In this document: one piece after another, positions 45,789 to 59,299 of the stretch
Position numbering within the stretch: the stretch's first letter is position 1
Layout: every line of letters begins with the position of its first letter
Origin: Mytilus californianus
Lineage: Eukaryota
Length of the DNA: 64,000 bases
Reading direction: 5' to 3'
Assembly: GCF_021869535.1 (NCBI RefSeq)
Contig: NW_026262581.1
Span: 86,800,001-86,864,000 of the forward strand
Notes under the pieces: generated by a model
Databases searched by the model: none
The model's input: the letters and a program-made list of their open reading frames with translations, nothing else
What the model was told of the DNA's origin: nothing
Translations under genes and position numbers: made by a program

Positions 45789-46826
45789 ACAACATTGAAT
45801 CTAGTTGTTGCAGTCACCATTTGTTATGGTTTGAACTGAAAAAAAATATTTAAAATTATTCAAGTTGATTGAAACTATTAGTGTTGCTATTAATGAGCAA
45901 ATATCATATTTTACAATATGGGAATAGCTGTCTGCTATAACTTTATTATTCCCAGATTGTTATACAGAGTTCAAACAAATATATAGAAGCAATCAATTGT
46001 AAAATGGCTTCTTGTTACCTGAAAATCAAACGTGTATAAATTTCTCAAAATATTTTAAAACAAAAACAAAAAACAGTAGTTCTCGAAGCCAGGCTTAATT
46101 GAAACCTAGTGATTATTTGTCAATTTGCTATGATGCAGTTCTTGTAGGATAAATTCCGATAATTTCGAATTCTTACAGGGAAAAACTGCTAACATTAACT
46201 AAACGTGTTAAACAAGTTGCTTTATTTATTTTGCAGAAACTGTAGTAGTATCAATTGTATGCAAAAATGTCAGGTAAACAATAAGGCTAACCTGGGCCTC
46301 TAAGGACCTATAATTTGAATTAACCATAACTTGATAATTAAATCTATAGTATATGTTAGATTTCGTCTCTAATTTGTTGTCGTTTTCCTGCATATGTGTG
46401 ATTGCATGCATATAGATGAAGTAGCACAACCAACATCTGAAAACGAAGTCATCTCAAACTGGTACTATTGGTCGTCATGACATTGCAGAAAGGTGTGAGC
46501 TATTGCTCCATGTCAATCTAATTAAAATATATATCTCTGATTTCGTTATGCTCATATGACGCAAGTTACGATAGATCTATATTTTGATTAGATTGGCTCC
46601 GTGTTGAAGGCTCAGCTTATTTTGAGATGAAGAACAGTAATAAAAGTGTTGTTCCTTTGCTTTTGTCTAGGACAAATATATATGTATTACTGTAATAGTT
46701 CTAGCTTTTGACAAGTGCGTTTAGGAATATTGAGTCGTGAATAAATACACCACATTCCTTCTTTTCTACAATTAAGTTTCAAAACATGCAGTGAATTCAT
46801 TCAAGAATTAGATATTGAAAGGTTAC

Positions 46827-48029
46827 ACACGGCTGTCATTCGGTATATCGAGAAAAATTATCGTGAAAGAATAAGTAACGGTGGTAAAGTATTGCAACTG
46901 GACCGTGAAAGGTCTGGTATAGGATCGTGAAGGGAATCTTATCGAGAAGTCACATGCAATGTCAGCAAATAATCTAATTTAATCAATTATGCCAAAATGC
47001 CATACAGACATAATTGGTTAACGTGGCCATATCTGGGATCAAGCAGCCAAAACTGTGAAAACATACATCACAACTTAATTTAACGTTCAAGCGCACTCAC
47101 AATTATATCAAACAAACCACCAGAAAAGTTTTTGTAGTTGATATAATACAGTCAGTGTAGTAAAGCATAATTACAGAGCTCCTTAAGTGTTATGTAAATA
47201 TAAATATTTTCGTCTGCCGGAGATTTAATCTGGTGAGCACCAGTTTGAAAAATCGTGCACACGACTTTGAAACTCGTTCGCACGACTTTCAAACTAGTGC
47301 GCACGACTTTCAAATTTGAAATCATCTCGCTTGTCATACACTCTGGTATTGAGATGACCGCTGTAGTTAAATTCGGGGTATATGTCTAAAAATGAGGCAG
47401 AGGAAGCTGTATATGTGGTGCCTGTGTAAGACATAATAGTGTCCTGTGAAAAAGTGTCCACCTGGACAGTTTTTCATAGAATTTTGGTATTTAATAATGT
47501 CCATTGCCATGAAATATTGTCCCTCAAGTGGACAGATTTTTACTGCAAAAGTTATGAAATAGTGTCCACCCACAGGACAAGTTTTCATAGTAGTTGCTAT
47601 TAAATTGTGTCCCCAAGGGAAGTAATACAAAGGTCATTAAAAAGTTTTATTATACTTGAAATTTTAATAAAATCAGAACGATTGAGTAGAAATTGATTTA
47701 TATAAACAAACAAATAATGGTTGGATGTGAATATAGAGATATTTAAGTTCTAAGAAATACCCAGCTAATGCTAATGACAATGAAAGAAGAACAATAAGAA
47801 GGAAGTGTATAAAGTATAAAATCAAATGCGAAGAACTTTACTATATTTATTATGAGAACAAGTGGACAGAATTTTACAGCAAAAGTTATGAAATATAGTC
47901 CACCTACAGGACTAGTTTTCGTAGTAATTGTTATCAAATTGTGTCCTCCAAGGAAAATAATATTGAACAGCATCTGTTACTTGTTTGAATTTAAATCATT
48001 ATACATGTATATATATATATATATACATG

Positions 48030-48061
<32 letters not shown>

Positions 48062-48911
48062 TTAAAAAATAAGAAGATAAGGATGGTATGAGTGCCAATG
48101 AGACAACTCTCTGTCAAAGTAACAATGTATTAAAAGTTAGCAATTATAGGTTAAAATACGTCCAGTAATAACAGGGAAATGGATATCATTTAATACTTTA
48201 ATCCTAATAAAAAAATGTCCTGGCGGACATAATGTCCTGTGAAACTTGAAAGGTCCACCTGGATAGAATTATAGTATTAAATATTGTCCATGTTCATGGA
48301 CACTTTTTCATACCTGAGGACATATTTGCATAGGAAATTGTGTCTGGGACACATTTAAATAAGTAAATATTGTCCATGGACAGTATTTACTATGAACCGG
48401 TGGACATTATTTCATTGGGGACATTATTGAATCCTACACCTGTAGTCACTAATTCATGACAATTAATGGGACCCAATCAGAAAAGTTTGTATTGTTAATG
48501 GAAAGAACATCTTTAATACACATGTATGTAAAATTAAATGATATAGCTTCTTTGATCTAACCCTTACGAAAAAGAAAACGTACACATTAAGATATTTTCA
48601 GGTGAAGACCACCAGACCCCTTTGTGGATGCATTACGCATTTTATATACAAAGATATTTACTTTTCGACAATTTACGCTACTGGGGGTATTATTATCTTG
48701 AATGCCTAGTTACATGTATCATTGCCTCTTAATGAAAACAGGTCTAAATATGGGTATCTATATATATTTCACCAAAAAAAATAAAGTAGAATTACACTTA
48801 ATTGCATTCACGATCCGATACCAGATCTTTCACGATCCGATCGCAATGCTTGACCACCGTTAAGTATTCTTTCACGATCAGTTTTCTCGATATACTGAAT
48901 GACACCCGTGT
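46827..48911. mobile_element. Composite non-autonomous DNA transposon with about 110-bp TIRs and 3-bp TSD (tac), containing nested repeats
   Basis: acacggctgtcattcggtatatcgagaaaa...atcgtgaa (46827-46932) versus the reverse complement at about 48808-48911; tac on both flanks; nested TIR element at about 47418-48443. Confidence 0.7.
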
Positions 48912-51659
48912 TACAGAGGAAAAGTAGTATGACATGCCTTGGTATCGAAATTATTATTGGATCACGTTTTATAGCATAGCTTAAACCCTACGCTTAATAA
49001 CTAAGATTAAACCACTAAATTGTTTGATGTTTTAAAGGTGAAACTCTTCCCTAATACACTTTGCTTCAATTTATTGGTTTAAACTGAGGTACATTTCCAT
49101 ATGTACATTAAATTTCTTTTTTATGACTTACGTTACTTAGTCAATTTACATATCAGCAAACTTTGAAAGGTGTAAATATGAGTTAAAAAAGAAAATATTT
49201 GTTCTCAAATATTGTTTTAACTTTGTATTCTGTCACCTGATCGTGTTAAATGTCAATTTAAAATGCCTAAATTCAAGATGTCTGAACTAGTTATGTCTAC
49301 TGTAGGGAAATACAAAAAAATTGTGTCACTCTAAATTTTTTTGTCATATCTAACTTATAACAGCAGTGTCCGACGAATGTTAAGAGAATTCGGTGTTATC
49401 GCACCCATGTTATACTTTTGTTTTGAGCTTAGACTGTTCTGAGTTAAAGGAACATGTGTCGTTATGGGTCGATAGAGAATCCTGAACATTTTATATGGTG
49501 ACTAAAAGCTTAAATTTACAAAGTTTTTCTGAATACACATGATATACAGCATTAATTTTACTTTTCTACCAGTCGATTTGTTGATATATAAAACATACAA
49601 GAATAGAACGTGTATACGAGTATACGCATTTTCATCCATTGGGAAGTAAATCATGCTGCGAAGAAAAGTACGCGATATTCATTTTCGATGAAATAATGAT
49701 AATTATTTGTTGAAGGGCCTTACCTTTTTTGTCCGTGCTACTATTTCATGATCTTTTCATACAAATGAATAAAAAGAAAGGATAATTTATCAATTGTTCC
49801 GTTCCATTTTAATAGTAGCAGTTAGTCCTAAGTTTCAACCATATCTAATCACGTTCATTACTCTTGTTCAGACGGTGTATAATAATTTTAAGTTATATTG
49901 TTGGGACAAGTTTATTAAGTGTAACTAATAAGAAGAAACAATGACACACTCGGTTTCATAAATTAAAAAAAATTGTAACAATGAAATACATTAGTTATTA
50001 TGTATGTGACAAAAAGTTTTCTTTTATGACAAGTTTCACGGGTATGTAATATTGTTTGATCGTTGGGGCAGAAAATCGCCTTTCAGACGATTTCAAGGCT
50101 TCTGACCTTTCAAAATTACATGACAGAATTAGTTTATTAAAAGTTAAAGAAGTGATTTAAATGAAAGTAAATTGTTTAGCAATTTAGGACCAGGGGAAAA
50201 ATGTCTTGGCTTTTGTATATAAATTGGCTTTTCTATGACATCAATTTTCAATTTTGCAAAATTATTTGAGGTTTTTATCTTAAAACGTAAGTCTGAGTAT
50301 TCAAAAATAAAAAAAAAAAGAATATATTATTTCTTAATATATGACAGGAATAATCATGTTTTGTCCAAAAAGAATGGAAATTGTTGGACTTTGACAAAAT
50401 ACTGTACAAACCGTGACAAATCATGGTTTTTAAGAAATAGAAAATCATCGTACATCAATTGAATAATACTGTGAGTGGTAGTAGGAACAAGGCATTTTAG
50501 GATAAGATAAACTTAATTTTACAATTTCCTATACTTCTTTTATAATTTCCTTCATAACGTAGACTTAAGCATATCGAAATGAAATTCTGAATGTTTTTGG
50601 AATACAAGAGACACGAATAATTGACAATGACTATAATTTTCACGATTAAATTTGTAAATTCAAAAGATGTAGTATTTAAAAGTAATGTGTTTTTGATAGT
50701 CTTTGTTAAGTTTATTCACAACTGTGTTAAACGCAGGCGATTTGGAACTTAACATGTTGTTTCAGAGCCAATAAAGTCTTGTCTATTTTCTATTTTCTAT
50801 TATTGAAGACCGTATGTTGACCTTGTACTGTCTTTTAATTTCCTTATCATTGGGTTTCGTTGAAGTTTCCTTCACATCATTTTTTATTCATCATATTATA
50901 AAAAGTAATACTTTACTTTTTCCAGTCGCTCATAAGACTTCAGTCACACTTTACACTTTGAAATTATTTTAAGTCAGACTGGCGACAATTTTTAGGGTTG
51001 CAAACGTAAATCTAACAAACCTAACAAGCGGTCTATAAGTGACATATAGAGAAAACTAGATTTACGATACCGAATTATTTGTTACATTCAACGATCATGT
51101 TTTATTAGTACCTAATTTTTTCCAGTGATGGTTAAGACTGAAATCACATTTTCTCTTCTTCCTTAAACCAAGGATGTACACTTATACTTCCTTGCTTAAA
51201 CTATTAGAACCTTATCATTTTTTTATCAAATATAAAAGCTAGCGGCTAGTTTGTCTTGAAATTGTGTCCTATACTTTTTCACCAAATCTTTATCGATTGA
51301 AAACATATCTGCTTTAATAGCTGATGTAAGAACTGTTTTTCAAGGTCAAATACAGTATGTAGCATCAAGTAAGTAGTGATGGGTGTCCTTCAAATGTCCC
51401 TTGCTTCTTGCTAGTCCAATAGCAACCATATTTTGGGTTTTGCATTGATATTTCATTTAAATCTCCTCTTTCAAAGCTACAAGAAAGTTTTTTCCAATAT
51501 CTCTTAAATTGTCCTCATTAAAACGTTCCTTTTTCATCTATTTTTTTTTATTTAAACAAGACTAGTATAATCTCGTTTCTCGTAGATTTTTATCGATGAA
51601 GTTTGGCATTGTCCGTTGAAATATTAAAATCTTTAGATTAGAATGGTTGCTATTGTCGT

Positions 51660-52345
51660 TAAAATTGAGAATGGAAATGGGGAATGTGTCAAAGAGACAA
51701 CAACCCGACCATAGAGTAGACAACAGCCGAATGGGTCTTCAATGCAGCGAAAACTCCCGCACCCGGAGACGTCCTTCAGCTGGCCCCTAAACAAATATGT
51801 ATACTAGTTCAGTGATAATGGACGTCATACTAAACTCCAAATTATACACAAGAAACTAAAATAAAAAATGATACAAGAATAACAAAGGCCAGAGGCTCCT
51901 GACTTGGAACAGGCGCAAAAATGCGGCGGGGTTAAACATGTTTTTTGAGACCTCAACCCTCCCCCTATACCTCTAGCCAATGTAGAAAAAACAAACGTAC
52001 AACAGTGCGCACAGTAAAACTCAGTTTAAGAGAAGTTCGAGTCCGATGTCAGAATAGGAAACAAAAGAAAATAAACAATATGACAATAATACATAAATAA
52101 CAACAGACTATTAGCAGTTACTGACATGCCAGCTCCAGACCTCAATTAAACTGATTGAAAGATTATGTCTTCATCATATGAATATCAGGCACAATCCCTC
52201 CTGTTAGGGGTTTAGTATTATACCATCATAAAATATATGAGAAGAACATAACCCGTGTCATGCCAACAACTGGTTTAAGAATAAATATGTTTAATTCCGA
52301 TGCAAAGACCCTATAAGTGAATCAATATTAAAACCAAAATATGCA
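51660..52345 (-). mobile_element. 5'-truncated copy of the Penelope-like element (3' end only)
   Basis: Reverse complement of about 40690-41384. Confidence 0.88.
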
Positions 52346-53695
52346 GACCACAGGTTCACATATCTTTTGATAGTGAACTATTTCAAAGGTCCATGTCCAT
52401 GTTTCAGTAATCAAAGAACTTCAGTCCAGATATGAGATCTTATAAATGGAGCCCAGAGTCTGACAAAATTTAAAACGGGATGATTTGTCGAATTTTCATG
52501 CACATGGATTCTTGTTTTGTATGTGTAGTGTTTTCTTTTCCAATGATTCTGTTATCTTTTATGACTAATTTATTTAAAAAAAAATGTTTTCTTTGTCGTT
52601 AAAGTGGTATGATTTTGTAAGCTACCATTCTCTGCACATGTTAACACGATATGCATTGTACGTGTTTCTGTGCCGAACAACCAAACTGTTGGGAAGTATT
52701 TAAGTAATTGTCTTTTGGTATGTTTGCCTCTTTATGTAAACACAATAGTACATATATACATAATGTATTACATTTTGTAATTTAAACATACTACATGATA
52801 AAAAGGCAATAACTTAGATGAAATATAGGAAACATTAAACGAATGTTCGGTCTCTTTGGTCATTAAATGATTTAAAAGGTCGAGTCTATAATTAGTTTAC
52901 AATCTTTTAAATGTTTGATTGATTTAAATACATATACAAATATATAGTTGATATGAAATGAATTCTTTGCTATAGATTTCAAATATTTTTACATAATTGA
53001 AATGAAGGTTATTTGTACTCACATCTATGATTGTTATGAAATAACGTTAATCACTTAAATCCACATCAGTACTATTCTACAGCCTTTCTGTCGCTTAGCA
53101 CTATACTCTCATTTAAAGACTTTGAAATTGGAACCTGTTCCGCTTGACTCTGTTTTGACTACACAGGTGTAAAATATCACTCAATCTTTAAAACAATTTT
53201 CATTTCTGCGGTTAACTAAAGTATTAACATATTTTACTTTGCAGTGGCCAATATCACAGACTCATTATTTTTCATGAAGAAAAAAACCCAACATTTCGAA
53301 ACATTTGGTTAAAACAATTGCCTGTTCTTGTGGGAGCAATCTCAAGTGGCCGTGTACTTTTATTGTTCGTATAATAAGAGAGAGGCGTTATACAAAGTTT
53401 AATTTATTGTATGTTGCTTTGATAAAATGAAGTCTGACATTTGGCATGATGCCGATTTGGTTAAAAATCATGAACTGAATCCATATCATGTAATCAAGCT
53501 TGTTATTATGACCTATATTGCATGCTCCATTAAAAATGCTCGCCATCATGATGAATCCGAGGTGTCACGAATGTCCTTGGATATCACCTGATGAGTGAAT
53601 GGCGTTTTGGCCTTTGTTGTTCTGTCTTCAAACAATATACTAATCCATACAAAAAGCTATACTAAGGTCCCTTTAAATAAGTAATATTCTTTTCG

Positions 53696-55148
53696 TTTTA
53701 TTGTCTCGGCTGCGACGAAAGTCGCGAAAAGCGAGATATAGGTGTTGTTTTTCCGGCGGCGTTGTCGTTTGCGACGGCGGAGGATGCGTCAACAATTGTT
53801 AAGTTTTCTGCTTAAGTTAGTTTGTTAGGAACTACTTGATCAATGACATTTTGTATAAATTTGCATTACTATCAGTACATATCAGTTTGCCGGCGACTAT
53901 TTCGAGTACCTGCCCCTAGGTAAAGGTCCAGCGACTTCCAATTAATAAACAATTTTCAATGTTAAGTTTTCTGCTTTAAGTTATTTTGATAGGAACTACT
54001 TGTGATATATAGATTGATGATATTTTCTATAAAGTTGCATTACTATCAGTACATATAGTTGACGACTATTTTGAGGTCCTGCGACTCTTTTCACAAAAAA
54101 TCTTAAGAGTAAAAATACTCGTAAGTCATACACATTTCAGTATAACTTACGATCAATTTTAATCGTAAGATTTTTTTGTGAAAAGAGTTGCTGTTTCTTA
54201 GGGCATGGTCCAGCGACTTTCAATTAAAAAGCAATTTTCAATGTTAAGTTTTCTGCTAAAGATAGTTTGATAGGAACTACTTGTGATAGATCAATGATAT
54301 TTTCTATAAAGTTTCATTACTATCAGTACATATCAGTTTGACGACTATTTCGAGTCCCTGTCCCTAGGTCAAGGTCCAGCGACTTTCAATTAATAAACGA
54401 TTTTCAATGTTAAGTTTTCTACTTTAAGTTATTTTGATAGGAACTATTTGTGATAGATTAATGATATTTTCTATAAAGTTGCATTACTATCAGTTCATAT
54501 AGTTGACGACTATTTTGAGGTCCTGCTCCCTAGGGAATGGTCCAGTGACTTTCAATTAAAAAGCAATTTTCAAAGTTACGTTTTCTGCTAAAGTTAGTTT
54601 GATAGGAACTACTTGTGATAGATCAATGATATTTTCTATAAAGTTGCATTATTATCGGTACATATAAGTTTGACGACTATTTCGAGGCCCAGTCCCCTAG
54701 ATCCTGGTCCAGTGGCTTTGAATTAATAACCAATTTTCCGTGAATGTTAAGTTTTCTGCTTAAGTCAGATTGATAGGAACTTATTGTGATAGATCAATGA
54801 TATTTTTTATAAAGTTACATTACTATCAGTACATATCAGTTTGACAACTAATTCGAGGCCCTGTCCCCTAGGTTCTGGTCCAGTGACTTTGAATTAATGA
54901 CCAATTTTCAATGTTAAGTTTTCTGCTTAAATCAGATTGATAAGAACTACTTGTGATAGATCAATGATATTTTCTATAAAGTTGCATTACTATCAGTACA
55001 TATCAGTTTGACGACTATTTCGAGGCACTGCCCCCTAGGTTCCATGCAGTGACTTTGAATTAATTAGCAATGTTTCTGTCCATCAGATTGTCTTTTTTTC
55101 ACATTTTCTGCATACAGTCGAGACATACATCTGTGTCAACGGTTTATT
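53696..55148. mobile_element. HINE-like element with about eight 165-bp internal units
   Basis: tgtctcg...gcgaga hairpin start, gtcgagacatacatctgtgtcaacggtttatt end, periodic gttaagttttctg. Confidence 0.78.
54082..54190. mobile_element. 109-bp MITE inserted in one HINE unit
   Basis: TIR cgactcttttcacaaaaaatctta / taagatttttttgtgaaaagagttg with 3-bp TSD ctg. Confidence 0.72.
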
Positions 55149-55189
55149 AGTTTTAAAAGGAAAAAAGGTTGAATAAGACCACCGTAGGC

Positions 55190-55352
55190 AGGCCCGGGCG
55201 GATCCAGCCATTTTTAAAAGGGGGGTTCCAACCCAAGATAAAAGGATGGGGGGGGTCCAACCATATGTCCCCATTCAAAAGCATTTATCGTAAAAAAGAA
55301 GGGGTTCCAACATCCGGACACCCCCCTCCCCTCTCCCCCTGGATCCGCCACT
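55190..55352. mobile_element. GGCGGATCCAG MITE
   Basis: ggcggatccag ... ctggatccgcc terminal inverted repeats. Confidence 0.7.
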
Positions 55353-55855
55353 GGTATGCAATGTTTGTCTCGTCTGCGATATTTATCTCCGTATCAGTGG
55401 TCCCTGGAAACTTTGTTATGCACAAATATCTCCTGCTTTTATTTCACAATAGGGCCATTTCAATAGGTATGTCAATTTTGAATTGATGAAACAGTTTCAC
55501 AGCTCCATGTGTTCACTTTGAGAATCTTTCAATATTATGGCTTATTTTATTCAAAACAGTTTCTATATGCCTGGAGATAGCACAAAACCCCAAGTTTGAC
55601 AGAATTTGGCAAATTGTGAGTATTTATCAAAACGCGTAAATGAAAGATACTCATAACCGAAACCAAAATTATGCTGTAACCAAAACGTTGTAAATTGTCT
55701 ATAACATATTAGTTCATTTTGATTAGTCACGTCCTTCGATGCATTTCCAAACTTTTAAAATTTATAATTATATATCTAAATGACTTTAAAAGAGCTAAAT
55801 TTACCGTTGATTTACATATAGAAAAATGTTGAAAATTGTTTGAAAAGTATACGAT

Positions 55856-57353
55856 AGTAGTAGGGTGGGACTGATTTTATCCAAGTTGAAAACTCAAGGC
55901 GTTAAGGCACTCCGATATTTTAGACACTGGTGGGGTCACCGGAAGTCCATACCGGATATTGCTCGATGACACAGACCAGAAGTAACATCATCTCCTTATA
56001 AGGGGGCCACATGGTTATATGTAAGTCGAAAACCCAATGACAGGAGGGACCCTTTTAAGGCATTCCCCGCCAACTGGTGATGAGACCGGAAGTCCATACC
56101 GGATATTGCCCGATTGACGCAACCACGAAGTAACGTAATCTCCTTATAAGGGGGCTACACCCTGTATGTATCAAACAGGATGAAATAGTGTCGACCCCTA
56201 AAGTGACGTCATGTCTAAGTAATAAAACACAAGACTCACATAGACGGCATAGTTGATACGTTCATTATACGCATGTTTCCCTTTTTGGAAATTTAAATTA
56301 AAACAGTTAAAAAATTTCAAAATTTCTAGAAGTTTTGAAAAATTTAAATATCAAAAAGCTTTTAAAATTCAAACTTTAAATTTTTTAAAAGTTGAAAAAA
56401 AAAGATTAAAATTCAAAGAAAAGGTAAAAAAAAAAAAAAAAAAAAAAAAGAAAAGTATTTTAAATATCGAATAAAAAAATCACTACATAAATTTGATCAA
56501 CCTTTCAAACGTCTATAAGAATGCCTGAAGCAACACTTGTAGCTAAATGATGGATGAATTCTACCTTAAAGTTTACGTATCGAGCGAGGATTCTCTTTCC
56601 CTTTTTAAAAATAATAACGGTTGCGCATTTAGGATTCAACTTCACAAAAACTACATATTGGACGGAGGTTGGGAATGTGCACTGTTGGAGTTATCGATCG
56701 TACCGAAATTTCCAACACCAACGAGACGGGTCTTCTTTAGCTCGGACTTTGTGATCGATACTTACGTCCGAAAATTTATGATTTTTTATGAATTCTTTAA
56801 ATTTTTAGAATTTAAAAAAAAAATTTAATTTATTTTTTTTTGAATTTTAATGTTCCAAAAAGGGAGACATGCTCTTGTATAAGTGAACGTATCAACAATG
56901 CCGTCTATGTGAGTCATGTGTTCCTTAGACATTATGTCAATTTAGGGGATGACGGTATTCCATCCTGTTTGAGGGATGTTGTCAACTATTAAAGATAGAT
57001 AGATGACTGATACAGGGTGTGGCCACCTTATGAGAAAGATGACGCTACTTCCGGGTCACATCATCAGGTAATATTCGGTATGGACTTTCGGTGACGTCAC
57101 AAGTGGGCGGGGAATGCCTAATATGGGACCCATATTAGGCATTCCCCGGTGTCCCTCCTGTCTTGGGTTTTCGACTTGCATAAAATCATGTGGCTCCCTT
57201 ATAAGGAGATGAGGTTACTTCTGGTATGCGTCATCGGGCAGTATCCGGTATGGACTTCCAGTGATGTCATCAGTGGGCGTGTAATGCCTTATATGGGAGC
57301 GCCTTAGCGCCTTGGGTTTTCGACTTGCGTAAAATCAGTCCCACCCTACTACT
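55856..57353. mobile_element. Non-autonomous mini-Maverick/Polinton (1498 bp)
   Basis: Termini AGTAGTAGGGTGGGACTGATTTTA...TAAAATCAGTCCCACCCTACTACT, 430-500-bp TIRs, perfect 6-bp TSD tacgat (55850-55855 and 57354-57359), central penton-like ORF remnant. Confidence 0.82.
56547..56828 (+). pseudogene. Maverick/Polinton minor capsid (penton-like) gene remnant
   Basis: MDEFYLKVYVSSEDSLSLFKNNNGCAFRIQLHKNYILDGGWECALLELS fits the recalled pattern FY..L.S..S...FP.N....F...L...I.L.G.WE.AL.EI; the 3' part degenerates into AT-rich sequence. Confidence 0.62.
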
Positions 57354-57948
57354 TACGATACTCATACAGACTCTCAGAGTTTGACTCTAAATGAAACAAT
57401 ATATAAATAACACATAGCTGAGAGGGTGATAGAGCAGATTGTTACCCCGAGAAAACATTGTCAACTGAGGCGAAGCCAAGGGGGTGCCCGCTGACTGACT
57501 AAGAGGGGGCCCGCTCCAGTCATGCTTCAGTGATTCCCTAAATAATCAACCAATTTTTTTCCCACAAAAGGGGGTGGGCGTTTGTGCATTGTCACAATGA
57601 TGTGAACGTTTATCACGTGATATTGTGTATTGCCGTCATGTCGATATTATTATTTTGTTATTGATGGATCTTTGAAATATTTGTCATTGTATTGAAAGTT
57701 ATTAAACGTATTTTGATAGCACAACTCATGAAGAGTCGGGTAAATACTTTACGGTAAATACAACTTAAAGTTAGCTCATGTGTAAGCATTTTCATAGTTT
57801 ATCATACAAATTTATTTATATGTTTTTTTATGAAGATAGATGTTTCTTTTGATATGAATAAACATTGTTTATGAAATAAAAAAAAACTTTACTTCTTAGT
57901 AGCTAATCATGAAAAGTCCCAATTAAGTGATAGTCAGGTTTATATCGC

Positions 57949-58778
57949 ATAAAATTGAGAATGGAAATGGGGAATGTGTCAAAGAGATAACAACCCGACC
58001 AAAGGGCAGAAAACGGACAAGGCCACCAATGGGTCTTCAACATAGCGAGAAAATCGCACACCCGGAGACGGGCTTCAGCTGGCCCCTAAAGAAAAATGTG
58101 AACTAGTTCAGTGAGAATGGACGTCACACTAAACTCCAAAACATATAAATGAACTAAAATTAAAAAACATACAAGACTAACAAAGGCCAGAGGCTCCTGA
58201 TTTGGGACAGGCGCAAAAATACGGCGGGGTTAAACATGTTTTGTGAGATCTCAACCCTCCCCCTATACCTCTAGCCAATGTAGAATAAACAAACACACAT
58301 CAATACGCAGAGTAAAACTCAGTTTAAAAGAAGTCCGAGTCCGATGTCAGATTAGGTAACAAAAGAAACTAAGCAAAATGACAATGATACATAAATTAAC
58401 AAAGGAATACTCACAGTTACTGACATGCCAGCTCCAGACCTCAATTAAACTGATTGAAAGATTATGTCTTCATCATATGAAAATCAAACACAATCCCTCC
58501 CGTTAGGGGTTTAGTATCATACCATCATAAAATATATGAGAAGAACATAACCCGTATCATGCCAACAACTGGTTTTAGAATAAATGTGTTTATTTCCGAT
58601 GCAAAGACCCTATGAGTGAATCAATATTAATACAAAATATGCCATCTTTAATGACTTGACAACAGTATCGTAACTATATCCCTTCTGAATAAGTCTTTTT
58701 AAATGTTTTTGTTAGCCTTTGAGGTGAGGGCCGACATTTTTGTGCTTTGTATAAAATATTACCATAAAAGATTGGATT
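57949..58778 (-). mobile_element. 5'-truncated copy of the Penelope-like element
   Basis: Reverse complement of about 40557-41384, including the last RT codons. Confidence 0.88.
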
Positions 58779-59299
58779 GGAATGAAACCTCTGGTATACA
58801 GCAATCAAAGGCATTATCAGGGGACAAAAACGGTAATAAAATTCATCACTGAAAATTTGCCCCCCAAAAAAACGAACCGAACAACAATCTAATTAAAATA
58901 CACGAATAGATCTCTGATTTCGTAATACGAGCAATTGAGTTGTGATAGATCCGAATTTTAATCAGACTGACCGAACAAATCACTAAAAATTATGAAATCA
59001 AATGAAATCAGTACTTTCTTGACTGCAGACGGTCGAATATTTGTTAAAAAATATGCTCACTTGCATGTATTTTGCCAGAGGAAATGCCTTCTTAACTTTT
59101 AAAACTAGATATTTATAAATCAAGTGGTTTAGATGGAATAAATTCAAATATCCCAAAAATTTCCGCCAGTGTTATCTATGAATCACTTGCACATATATCT
59201 TTAATACACTCATCAATTCTTACCACCATTCTTTCTACAGAAAAGATGACCTTATGAAAATACTGTAATGATATACATTCAACAAGATCTACCCCAAAA

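Noticed and set aside
53564-53600. Hammerhead ribozyme around CTGATGA
   Set aside because: Possible stems II and III exist, but GAAA is incomplete (GAAT) and there is no stem I. No canonical hammerhead core was found in the Penelope-like tails either.
56253-56474. Lys/Phe-rich 73-aa ORF
   Set aside because: Translation of low-complexity A/T sequence next to the Maverick TIR.
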